Shown here piece after piece: positions 55,587 to 64,000 of a stretch of 64,000 bases of DNA. The DNA comes from Candidatus Pacearchaeota archaeon (GTDB lineage Archaea > Nanobdellota > Nanobdellia > Pacearchaeales > GW2011-AR1): the NCBI GenBank assembly GCA_026395815.1, contig JAPLXZ010000012.1:487-64486 (forward strand). The letters run 5' to 3'. A program made the translations under genes and the position numbers. The notes under the pieces are model-generated. The model had not been told where the DNA came from. It was given only the letters and a program-made list of their open reading frames with translations, and searched no databases. How positions within the stretch are numbered: position 1 is the first letter of the stretch; each line of letters begins with the position of its first letter.

Positions 55587-57304
55587 TATCTACCTCTTCT
55601 TAATAGATTAGCCCTTAAAAGGACATTTTTATCTATCTTATAATCACTTTCTCCCTGTTTTTTAACTTTCCTTTTTCTAATCATAATAATTATTATAAAC
55701 AAAACCATGAAGACAGCTAAAGCTATTGTTGCTATCTCAAGAGGAATTGTCGGAGCTTTTCCTACATTAAACAAGACGCTTGAACTTGCTACTTTTCCAT
55801 TATAAGTTATTGTTATATAAATTACATATCTGCCGAATGCTGCTGTTTCTGGTATTTTAAACTCTTTTACATAACTTAACTTGGTTTGTACTGCAAGGTC
55901 TTCTCTTTCAGTCAATATTTCATTTCCTTTCCAATCCATTATTTTATACTCAGCAAAAACATCAACTTCTTTTTCAATTTCTCCTAAGTTATAGATTTCC
56001 ATTTCTGCAAGTAAGTCTTCACCTGGCATTACATAACTATACTTTTGCGGAATCTTGACTGTAGCATCGAATATCGGTTCTGCAGATTCTACTTCTATTA
56101 TTGTTAGAATTCTTTTCTCCTGTCCACTTGCTGTTACATTTATTTCCCCTATATATAAGTTAGGAATGGTTTCCTTTTGCACCATTATCTCTAAGGGTAT
56201 AACTCTTGATTCTTTTGGAGCTAATTTAAATTTCTTTTCGCTTATAAAAACAAATTGTTCAATTTTTGAGATTCCTATTTCTACATCTAATTCTTTATCT
56301 CCTGTATTAACTATCAATACCTGTTCTCTTGTAGTATGCCCCTGTTGTAATTTTACTTTTATTTCATCTTCACTTAAACTAAAGTCACTTATCTTTGCTT
56401 TTCCTCCTCCACCACCTCCTCCTCCACCGCCACCAGGACCAGTTACTACTGTTACTTCAGTTGTATTTTCTTCTGCAGAATAAGAAACTGAAAACTGAGT
56501 TACATTAAACTTTAAAGTTCCTCCAGAATAATTTTCTTTTGTGCAAATAAAAGAGGGGCAGACTTCTCCATCTATTAGTATTCTTGCGTCTGAAAAAGTC
56601 AAGCCATAAAGCCATAATGTTACCTTTTTGTTAAAGTTAGGCAAGGCTGTTGAATTTAGCGCAATCCTATTTGAAGAAATATTAGCATTTGTATCTAAGT
56701 CGACTTGATTATCATTAAAATTTTCATCAGCAGTCATGTTTATATTTTCATTAAACAGAATCTTTCCAGAATTTGTATTTTCCAGTATGATTCCGCTTAA
56801 GTTTTGCACATCTTCATAAGACAATATTGTGAAATTTGTCGAGTTTCCTTTCTTAGTTCCTTTCCATTCTTCATGGATTATTTGAAATCTGGTTGAATTT
56901 ACAAAAAAACTTACATTTTGTTCTGTTACATCCCCATAAGTATTATTTGCATAAAGATAAAGCATATATCCTCCATCTGTTGCATTGAAATAAAAAGGAG
57001 AAGATAAAGTAATATTCGTTCCTGAATTAAGATTGTACCAAACTGCTTGTTGCCCGCTTGCAGAATAATTTAGAGGAATTGAAAATCCATTAAAATATGT
57101 CTCATTTTGTGGAGAGATTATTGAGAGTATTGCAGTTGTAGTGGGAAGAATGTATATGGACATATCTGTTGTTTGAGCTGATGCTTTGCCAGTGATGTCT
57201 CCTGTTTTTTCAGTTTTCTTTGGCAAGTTTTTTATTATTATAAAACTGATTAGAAATAAAACTATTAATATAAACAGGAACAAAAATACCCAACCTCTTT
57301 TCAT
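55586..57304 (-). CDS. cell-surface protein (N-terminal signal/anchor, sequon-rich, poly-Gly linker, C-terminal TM anchor)
   Basis: It has many N-x-S/T sequons and the run GPGGGGGGGGGGGKAK. A CARDB/NEW3-like segment is present (LIVNTGDKELDVEIG). The C-terminal TM is followed by RKRKVKK. Confidence 0.6.
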   Translation of the reverse strand: MKRGWVFLFLFILIVLFLISFIIIKNLPKKTEKTGDITGKASAQTTDMSIYILPTTTAILSIISPQNETYFNGFSIPLNYSASGQQAVWYNLNSGTNITLSSPFYFNATDGGYMLYLYANNTYGDVTEQNVSFFVNSTRFQIIHEEWKGTKKGNSTNFTILSYEDVQNLSGIILENTNSGKILFNENINMTADENFNDNQVDLDTNANISSNRIALNSTALPNFNKKVTLWLYGLTFSDARILIDGEVCPSFICTKENYSGGTLKFNVTQFSVSYSAEENTTEVTVVTGPGGGGGGGGGGGKAKISDFSLSEDEIKVKLQQGHTTREQVLIVNTGDKELDVEIGISKIEQFVFISEKKFKLAPKESRVIPLEIMVQKETIPNLYIGEINVTASGQEKRILTIIEVESAEPIFDATVKIPQKYSYVMPGEDLLAEMEIYNLGEIEKEVDVFAEYKIMDWKGNEILTEREDLAVQTKLSYVKEFKIPETAAFGRYVIYITITYNGKVASSSVLFNVGKAPTIPLEIATIALAVFMVLFIIIIMIRKRKVKKQGESDYKIDKNVLLRANLLRRGR

Positions 57305-57340
57305 CTATTAAAAAGAAATGCAATATATTTAAAGATTATT

Positions 57341-57886
57341 CTATCTCTTCTTTTTCTTATTAACTTTTCTCTTTTTCATTAAGAAAACAACAGCTCCAAC
57401 AGCAATTAAAAGACCTGCTCCAATTCCAACAATCAAAATTGGATTCAATTGGGTTTTTTCCTCTGTTTTAGCTACAACTAATACTTCAAAATCCTGGTCT
57501 ATTGCTGTTCCAAATGCTATTCCTGTTCCTCCTCCAGAGGTTATTGTCCTTATTGATACCATCACAGGATAAACATTGCCTAATGAAGCATCAGAAGGAA
57601 TTCTTATTCTTATTGGAATTTCTGTATCTTTTGTTCCAAATTTGACTAAATATTTGTTATCTCCAATAATACTTGCTACTTCATTTCCTTTTGTTATATC
57701 TGCCTGAACAGTTATATCTCCTCCTCCAACCATATTCTGCAATCTAAAAGAAGTCATACTTGTTTCTCCAGGCGATATTGTGAAAGGCCCATTAGAACCT
57801 GCGACTCCAAAAGCAAAAACTGCGCTTGCTAAAGATAAAATTAAGAATAGAGAAGTTACAAATAAGGTTATTTTTTTAGTTGTCAT
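57341..57886 (-). CDS. small cell-surface protein with C-terminal TM anchor
   Basis: Signal peptide, a beta-rich body, and a C-terminal LIVGIGAGLLIAVGAVVFLMKKRK. Confidence 0.55.
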   Translation of the reverse strand: MTTKKITLFVTSLFLILSLASAVFAFGVAGSNGPFTISPGETSMTSFRLQNMVGGGDITVQADITKGNEVASIIGDNKYLVKFGTKDTEIPIRIRIPSDASLGNVYPVMVSIRTITSGGGTGIAFGTAIDQDFEVLVVAKTEEKTQLNPILIVGIGAGLLIAVGAVVFLMKKRKVNKKKKR

Positions 57887-57889
57887 TTT

Positions 57890-58849
57890 TTATACTTTTA
57901 TTGTCCATGCTCCTGAATTGTTTGTTGCGTATGTTTGTGAAGTAATCATTGGAACATTGGGTATGCAAAAATACAATGTTTCCTGCCCCAAACTTGTTGC
58001 ATTTGCAGCAGATACATTTCCTCTTGATAAATTTGCTCCTACTATTCCTACATCAGTTGCATTCACTAATAATGTTCCTGTATTAGTGCCTACTGTATTG
58101 TTTGCACACATGCCAACATCACTATTAGCATCCCAACTTGTAGTGAAGTTACTGACATTTAAATATTTTGTAGTAGTAACCATTCCTTGAAGGTCAATTG
58201 CATTTATTTTTATCCAGTTAGGATTTATGAGGACATTTCCTGTATTATTCAATGTAGTGTTTTGTTTTGATGTTTCGTTGGTGTCTCCTGGAGTTAAAGC
58301 AGGCCAAGTTGTCAAATTAGGATTGATAATTATTCCCTTTAAAAATCCATAAACAAATGCTTTTGATGTGTTAGATATAACAGTTCTGTTTCCTAAATCA
58401 CTGGCACTTACATTTATAGTCCAAGTTGAATTGTCATCCCAATACCACATTCTTACAGTGCAAGTATAATTCTTGGAAGTTGCATTTGACTGTCCCATTG
58501 TAGAGCATGCACTTAAATTTGTTCTTTCTACGCCTGTTTGGTTGAAAAGTGCTATAACACTTGAATCATTCAAATCACTAGCCCCATCGATATCAATCAC
58601 AGTTACAATAAAAGGAACATCAGTAGGAAGACCTTCTGTTGGGTCAACAGTTGCTCCGATAAGAGTATTATTCCATATTATAAACTTCACTGGATTAGTT
58701 CCAGTAATTGTTACACTAAAATTTGCTGGACGAGTTGAAGCCCATCCTGTTATTTTGCTCATCCATCCTGTGCTTATTCCAACATAGAGTATTATAACAA
58801 TTACAATTAAAATAGATACAAAATAAATTACAAACCTCTTTTTAACCAT
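57890..58849 (-). CDS. secreted protein, paralog of the membrane-proximal ectodomain of the giant LamG protein
   Basis: Residues about 60-319 align closely with the giant ORF, for example IINPNLTTWP...NTTLNNTGNV...INAIDLQGM...GANLSRGNVSAANATSLGQETLYFCIP...YATNNS.AWTI. It ends ...AWTIKV*. Confidence 0.65.
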   Translation of the reverse strand: MVKKRFVIYFVSILIVIVIILYVGISTGWMSKITGWASTRPANFSVTITGTNPVKFIIWNNTLIGATVDPTEGLPTDVPFIVTVIDIDGASDLNDSSVIALFNQTGVERTNLSACSTMGQSNATSKNYTCTVRMWYWDDNSTWTINVSASDLGNRTVISNTSKAFVYGFLKGIIINPNLTTWPALTPGDTNETSKQNTTLNNTGNVLINPNWIKINAIDLQGMVTTTKYLNVSNFTTSWDANSDVGMCANNTVGTNTGTLLVNATDVGIVGANLSRGNVSAANATSLGQETLYFCIPNVPMITSQTYATNNSGAWTIKV

Positions 58850-58896
58850 CTTTATTCCTTTTAATTAAGTTTTTTTAGTTTTTAAAGATTTCTTCA

Positions 58897-61800
58897 TTAT
58901 TCTCTTTTATTATTATTATTAAATAAATGGTTTTTCTTTATTATCCTTGAATAGGTTGTCCAAATATTCCTTTGGTCTCTGTTAAGCAATCTGGCTATTT
59001 CACTGTATTTCATTCCTCTTTCTTTTAAGTATAAGATTATAGACTCTAAGACTGTAAGATTATTATCCTTGAATATTGAAATAGGCATCAGCATTCCTTT
59101 TTCCTTAATATCAAATGATTCTCCTTTCTTTTCTTTTGCTTTCTTGTAACTCGTCCAGATTGTTCTTTCATTTCTTCCAATCTCTTTTGCAATTTCCCTG
59201 TAATTCATGTTTAGATTTTCTTTCATGTATTTAGCTATAGATTCTAAGCATCCGAGTTTGCTTGAGAAGATGGTTATAGGAATTTTTAATTCTTCTTCAG
59301 ATTTTATCATTTCTAAAATTTCTTTTCTGCTTATCTTGTACCTGCTCTTTAATTTTTCAATTATTATTTCCAGCAATTCTACTTTGTTTAGCGAGTATTC
59401 TTCTTTTAATTCGTCTGTGATTAAATTTAATGCTTCAAGAAGTCTCTCGTTCTTTAGCAATTCTTTATTTTTCTTCCTTCTCTTAGGAATTAATGCAATT
59501 AACAGTATTCTTATTGTCCATGCTTCCGAATTGTTTGTTGCGTATGTCTGAGAATAAATCATTGGAACTTTTGGAATGCAAAAATACAATGTTTCTTGGC
59601 CTAAACTTGTTGCATTTGCAGCAGATACATTTCCTCTTGATAAATTTGCTCCTACTATTCCCACATATGTTGCATTTACAAGCAATGTTCCTGTATTACC
59701 TTGACTGATGTTTGCACACATGCCCGAATCACTATTCGCGTTCCAACTTGCAGTTATATTGCTTACATTGAGGTATTTATTAGTCGTGCTCATTCCTTGA
59801 AGGTCAATTGCATTTATCTGTATGTTTCCAGAATTAATCATTACATTTCCTGTGTTATTCAATGTTGTATTCTGTTTTGATGTTTTGTTGGTGTCTCCCT
59901 GCACTAAAGTAGGCCAGGTAGTTAAATTTGGATTAATGATGATTGCCTTTAAAAAATTATATTCGAATGTAACTGTGTTATTTGTTGTTGAATTCTCTGA
60001 ATTGTCTTTTGCAGAAACTGTTATGTTCCATGTTCCATTTGCATCCCAATACCACATTCTTATTGCACAAGTAAAGTTAGATTCATTTCCTGCACTCTGT
60101 TCACTTATGACTGAACAGCTTGAATTCTCCCTTATTGCTTCTCCTGTTCTTGTGAACGACGCATTTATTCCTGAATTATTTATGTTGCTGTATCCGTTTA
60201 CATCATAAACTGTTGCATTAAAGTTTATATTTACAACGCCTGCTTCTGTTGGGTCTGTTGCAGGAATAACAGAAACAAAAGTTAAATTAGGAGCTTGATT
60301 GGCTGCTGCAGTAATCGTAACAGTTCTCTGTTCTGTCTGGTTTACATTTCCTGCTGCGTCAATTGCATAGGCAGTGAAGTTATATTGTCCAGCACTTAAT
60401 CCTGTAAAGTTGTTGTATAATTTGTAAGTTCCTGCATTGTAGGAAGCATTAATTTCTTCTGGAGATAATGCTCTTGAGAAAATCATTACCTCGTCGATGG
60501 AACCATTGAACTGTTCTCCAGGATACCTGCCTAGAATCAAAGATTCATTAGAAATCGTTGGAGCGTCATTACCAGTTCCAGAAGTCCAAGAACCGCTGAC
60601 ATTAACCCCATCAACATACCATTTAGCAGAAGAACTTGTTCCGAATGTATAAGTAAAAACAGTATGATGCCATGTACTTGAAGTAAATACTGCAGATGAT
60701 GTTTGAAATATTTTCCATCCTCCTCCAGAATTGTAGTAAAATACTAATTCCCGTGCTGCTCCAGCAGTTCCGCTATTAGTTTGAGTGCCATAATTACAAT
60801 TACTACTACTACCTTTTGTAAGACTAGCCTGACCACTTGTCGTGGGATTGTCTGACTTTATCCACATTGAAATAGTAATATTATCTCCTAAGTCAAAATC
60901 TAATGAACTGTTACTTCCCGGGTCTGGAATATTCAAATAATCATTTATTCCGTCAAATTCCAATGCCTTTCCTCTTGGTCCAGAGACTAAATTCCCTGTT
61001 CCTAATCCTCCAGTAAAATTTCCATGATTTCCCCATGTTGAATTATCATAAACTCCTGTTGCATTATAAGAATCCATGCTCCACCATCCTACTAAATTCC
61101 TGTTCCAGTCAATAAATGCAGAATGCTCATTTGCATCACTTGTAGAAACATTGACATAAACAGATGTTGCTGTTTGTGATGAAGCATTATCAGGAGTAGG
61201 GTCTGTAAAGTTTATGTTTGGTTTTATTATGTCAATTCCAAATGTAATTGTTGATTTGTTCTCATTTCCTACAGTATCATTTGCCCAGACAGTCACATTA
61301 TGTTTTCCTTCTGCCCATGTTATGTTCGTTATATTCTCACAAATACCTGCTGTTCCTAATGATAAATTTCTTGCCATAGTGTCATTACTATACCAGCAGC
61401 TTCCTATTGCAACATTATCTGAAACAGTGTAATTTACATCTAACCCTGTATTAGAAGAATATGTATTGTTTGAAGGAGTGACTATTGCGATATTTGGCTT
61501 GATTGTTTCAGCCGTAATCGTCACACCTCTCTGTTCTGTCTGATTCACATTTCCTGCTTGGTCAATTGCATAAGCAGTGAAATTGTAGTTCCCAGTTGGC
61601 AATCCTGTGAAGTTGTTGTAATATTGGTTTGCAGAAGCATTATACAATGCTTTAATTTCTTGGGGAGAAAGGACATGGTTGAAAATCATTACTTCGTCAA
61701 GAGAACCATTGACACCTTCTTCAGCATAATCTGGCTGAGGAGCCCCTATATAAAGGTTAAAATTAGTGAGTGTTCCCGAGCCTCCTCCTGATATGCTGGA

Positions 61801-64000
61801 ATTATATATTCCATTTACATATACATCTGACCAGGAAGAATTGATAATGGCGACAGTTAAAAAAAACCATTGATTAGTTGGCATGATATCAGTACTACAC
61901 TGATCTCCCCCATCATACATACAGACTTGCCCAGATGTTGAGAAAAACAGACAGTAATTGACAACACCATACCCACCTTTACAAATAACAACTGGCGCGG
62001 TAGCATATTCTTTAGAATATACCCAACTAGAAAGAGTAAGTGAACCATTAATGTTAATTGACGGAGAGTTTTCTACTGCAATATAATCATAATAACCATC
62101 GAATTCCAGGGCTTCTCCTCTTTTACCTGTAACTAAATTTCCTGTTCCTAATTCACCGCCACTAAAATTTCCAAAGTTGTTCCATGTAGAATTATCATAA
62201 ATCCCACTTGTATTGTAAGAATCCATGCTCCACCATCCTACTAAGCTCCTATTCCAGTCAATAAAAGCAGAATGCTCATTTGCATCAATTGTTGAAACAT
62301 TCACATAAATAGATGTTGCTGTTTGTGACGAAGCATTATCAGGAGTAGGAATTGTGAAATTAATGTTCGGCTTGATTGTATCAATTGTAAATGTAATTGT
62401 TGATTTATTCTCATTTCCTACTGTATCATTCGCCCATACTGTTACATTATGTCTTCCTTCTGCCCATGTTATGTTTGTTATGTTTACACAGCTTCCTGCT
62501 GTTCCTAATAAGTTGTTGTATAATTTGTAAGTTCCTGCATTGTAGGAAGCATTAATTTCTTCAGGTGTTAATGCTCTATTCCAAATCATTACCTCGTCGA
62601 TGGAACCATTGAAATAACCTTCGCTTGGATTATACCTACCGATTACATTCCACCCTTGTTGGTTTGGTGAACCTGAACCAATTATTTTTTGAATACCATC
62701 CACATATATGGAGGCATTTGTTCCGTTATTAGTAACAACTACATAATGCCAATTTCCATCACTAACGTCAACCCCTGTAGTTACAATATAAATATCAATT
62801 CCGCTATTCGTAAGGAATCTAATATTGCCATCAGATTCTACTCTAAATTGATTATTATCTCCGTCGTGGTGTAATATCTGTTGCTCTGATGCAGATGAAG
62901 TATTTATCCATGCAGAAATTGTTATTGTTGTGGTTGTAATGCTTGATATTGCGATATAATCATTAATTCCATCAAACTGTATCGCTTTACCTCTTTTTCC
63001 AGAAATTGTTGTGTTTGTTGCATGATTGTTAAGCACACCATGTCTTCCATAACTTGAATTATCATATACTGTTCCATTTGTTAAAACAGAATCCATGCTC
63101 CACCATCTTACTAAACTTCTATTCCAATCAATAAATGCAGAATGCTCATTTGCATCACTTGTAGAAACATTGACATAAACAGATGTTGCTGTTTGTGATG
63201 AAGCATTATCAGGAGTTGGAACAGTGAAATTAATATCTGGCTTGATTGTATCAATTGTAAATGTAATTGTTGATTTATTCTCATTTCCTACTGTATCATT
63301 CGCCCATACTGTTACATTATGTCTTCCTTCTGCCCATGTTATGTTTGTTATGTTTACACAGCTTCCTGCTGTTCCTAATTTAAATATCATTAATTCGTCT
63401 ATTGTCATATTCATATTTGGATCACTTCCACTGAAGTAGCAATTTGCTCCAATGCAAAATTGGGTTTGGTATCTCTCTCCCAATCCCTCTGCTGCAACAC
63501 CATAGTATGAACCATTAACATAAAGGTCTGTTTTAGTTGAATTGATGAACATAACAGTAATATAAGCCCATTCATTTTTGGGCGGGGAATAAGCTGGAGT
63601 AAAATAAGCTGCATGCATTGGATAAATCGCGAGTTGGCCGTTACTAGCAACCATAACAGCATAATTAGCTGTGTTTGCACCCGTGCCAGTATTAATAATG
63701 CTTGACACATCAATAGGATAACCATATAACTTAACCCAGAATGAAATAGAAATCGGATATGTCAAATTTAATGAGGGATTATATGGCATATAAATCTGAT
63801 CATTCTTTCCATCAAAACTAAATCCCCCGCCCCGCTTTCCAGAACTATTGTAAACTGCTCCATCTATTTTTCCATGATTATTATAACTCGAATTATCATA
63901 AACATCTGTTGAATTTCTATCATCAAAGTTCATCCATAATACTAAACTTCTATCCCAGTCAATAAATGCAGAATGCTCATTTGCATCATTTGTTGAAACA
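58897..64000 (-). CDS. giant LamG-repeat surface protein (5' end beyond window) with C-terminal tail containing two HTH modules
   Basis: The ORF stays open upstream of the Met at 63933 to the window edge (..VSTNDANEHSAFIDWDRSLVLWM..). It has at least four LamG/ConA-like domains (FDG.ND...DEVMI[WF].RAL[ST]PEEI) alternating with Ig-like modules (ITWAEG.HNVTVWANDTVGNENKSTITF). The tail at 58897-59511 has two LuxR/sigma-r4-like HTH modules. Confidence 0.75.
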   Translation of the reverse strand, partial: VSTNDANEHSAFIDWDRSLVLWMNFDDRNSTDVYDNSSYNNHGKIDGAVYNSSGKRGGGFSFDGKNDQIYMPYNPSLNLTYPISISFWVKLYGYPIDVSSIINTGTGANTANYAVMVASNGQLAIYPMHAAYFTPAYSPPKNEWAYITVMFINSTKTDLYVNGSYYGVAAEGLGERYQTQFCIGANCYFSGSDPNMNMTIDELMIFKLGTAGSCVNITNITWAEGRHNVTVWANDTVGNENKSTITFTIDTIKPDINFTVPTPDNASSQTATSVYVNVSTSDANEHSAFIDWNRSLVRWWSMDSVLTNGTVYDNSSYGRHGVLNNHATNTTISGKRGKAIQFDGINDYIAISSITTTTITISAWINTSSASEQQILHHDGDNNQFRVESDGNIRFLTNSGIDIYIVTTGVDVSDGNWHYVVVTNNGTNASIYVDGIQKIIGSGSPNQQGWNVIGRYNPSEGYFNGSIDEVMIWNRALTPEEINASYNAGTYKLYNNLLGTAGSCVNITNITWAEGRHNVTVWANDTVGNENKSTITFTIDTIKPNINFTIPTPDNASSQTATSIYVNVSTIDANEHSAFIDWNRSLVGWWSMDSYNTSGIYDNSTWNNFGNFSGGELGTGNLVTGKRGEALEFDGYYDYIAVENSPSININGSLTLSSWVYSKEYATAPVVICKGGYGVVNYCLFFSTSGQVCMYDGGDQCSTDIMPTNQWFFLTVAIINSSWSDVYVNGIYNSSISGGGSGTLTNFNLYIGAPQPDYAEEGVNGSLDEVMIFNHVLSPQEIKALYNASANQYYNNFTGLPTGNYNFTAYAIDQAGNVNQTEQRGVTITAETIKPNIAIVTPSNNTYSSNTGLDVNYTVSDNVAIGSCWYSNDTMARNLSLGTAGICENITNITWAEGKHNVTVWANDTVGNENKSTITFGIDIIKPNINFTDPTPDNASSQTATSVYVNVSTSDANEHSAFIDWNRNLVGWWSMDSYNATGVYDNSTWGNHGNFTGGLGTGNLVSGPRGKALEFDGINDYLNIPDPGSNSSLDFDLGDNITISMWIKSDNPTTSGQASLTKGSSSNCNYGTQTNSGTAGAARELVFYYNSGGGWKIFQTSSAVFTSSTWHHTVFTYTFGTSSSAKWYVDGVNVSGSWTSGTGNDAPTISNESLILGRYPGEQFNGSIDEVMIFSRALSPEEINASYNAGTYKLYNNFTGLSAGQYNFTAYAIDAAGNVNQTEQRTVTITAAANQAPNLTFVSVIPATDPTEAGVVNINFNATVYDVNGYSNINNSGINASFTRTGEAIRENSSCSVISEQSAGNESNFTCAIRMWYWDANGTWNITVSAKDNSENSTTNNTVTFEYNFLKAIIINPNLTTWPTLVQGDTNKTSKQNTTLNNTGNVMINSGNIQINAIDLQGMSTTNKYLNVSNITASWNANSDSGMCANISQGNTGTLLVNATYVGIVGANLSRGNVSAANATSLGQETLYFCIPKVPMIYSQTYATNNSEAWTIRILLIALIPKRRKKNKELLKNERLLEALNLITDELKEEYSLNKVELLEIIIEKLKSRYKISRKEILEMIKSEEELKIPITIFSSKLGCLESIAKYMKENLNMNYREIAKEIGRNERTIWTSYKKAKEKKGESFDIKEKGMLMPISIFKDNNLTVLESIILYLKERGMKYSEIARLLNRDQRNIWTTYSRIIKKNHLFNNNNKRE
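62371..62509. repeat. 139-bp perfect intragenic repeat, copy B
   Basis: Identical to 63241..63379 (CTTGATTGTATCAATTGTAAATG...GCTGTTCCTAAT). The flanks are near-identical, and a diverged third copy lies at about 61210-61360. Confidence 0.9.
63241..63379. repeat. 139-bp perfect intragenic repeat, copy A
   Basis: Identical to 62371..62509, 870 bp apart, in the same reading frame of the LamG giant gene. Confidence 0.9.

Noticed and set aside
56398-56440. A purine/pyrimidine-skewed CCACC/CCTCC tract, with a similar GGTGGAGGAGGCGGAGG at about 26756-26775. I checked these as a possible simple-sequence contingency locus or repeat array.
   Set aside because: They are in-frame poly-Gly linkers of surface proteins, built from mixed GGN codons rather than a pure homopolymer or microsatellite. 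This gives no strong slippage substrate.
60400-64000. I checked the regularly spaced repeats for a CRISPR array.
   Set aside because: The repeats are hundreds of bp long, lie inside one continuous ORF and encode protein domains. There is no short direct-repeat/spacer architecture here or anywhere else in the window.

Overview
The window is strongly AT-rich (by eye, not computed), densely coding and clearly archaeal. It carries TFB, aIF2-alpha, aEF-1beta, ribosomal proteins S3Ae, L44e, S8e and S15, RadA, RPA, a GINS-like protein, a RecJ/GAN-like protein, EndoQ, a Hef-like helicase with a separate ERCC4 nuclease, Bud32, SRP54, FtsY, an Sm protein and RNase Z. Small gene sizes, several degenerate enzyme motifs and intron-rich tRNAs suggest a reduced DPANN-like lineage; this is inference only. 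I could fold six tRNA genes by hand, and three contain introns with recognisable bulge-helix-bulge (BHB) geometry, one at a non-canonical position. Three accessory regions stand out. (1) 9.1-21.2 kb holds a type IV pilus-like locus: secretion ATPase, T2SS-F-like platform, about ten small pilin-like or mini membrane proteins, and an A24 prepilin peptidase. Three promoters in this locus share a motif. (2) 41.6-50.3 kb holds an apparent operon of a small membrane protein, a 610-aa protein with a pilin-type N-terminus, and a 2172-aa secreted Cys-rich giant protein. The giant protein ends in two tandem papain-like (NlpC/P60- or CHAP-like) modules, one with a Cys/His pair and one degenerate. (3) 55.0-64.0 kb holds a same-strand cluster of sequon-rich surface proteins. 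It ends in a giant LamG-repeat protein that is cut by the window edge. That ORF runs, without a stop, from its ectodomain through a very short hydrophobic stretch into two tandem HTH modules. Other notable items are a free-standing double-motif LAGLIDADG endonuclease next to an intron-containing tRNA and a 31-bp duplication of the rps3Ae 3' end, short duplications of tRNA 3' ends, and a relatively GC-rich stem-closed element next to tRNA-Leu. All calls rest on motif recognition and hand analysis; no database search was run.
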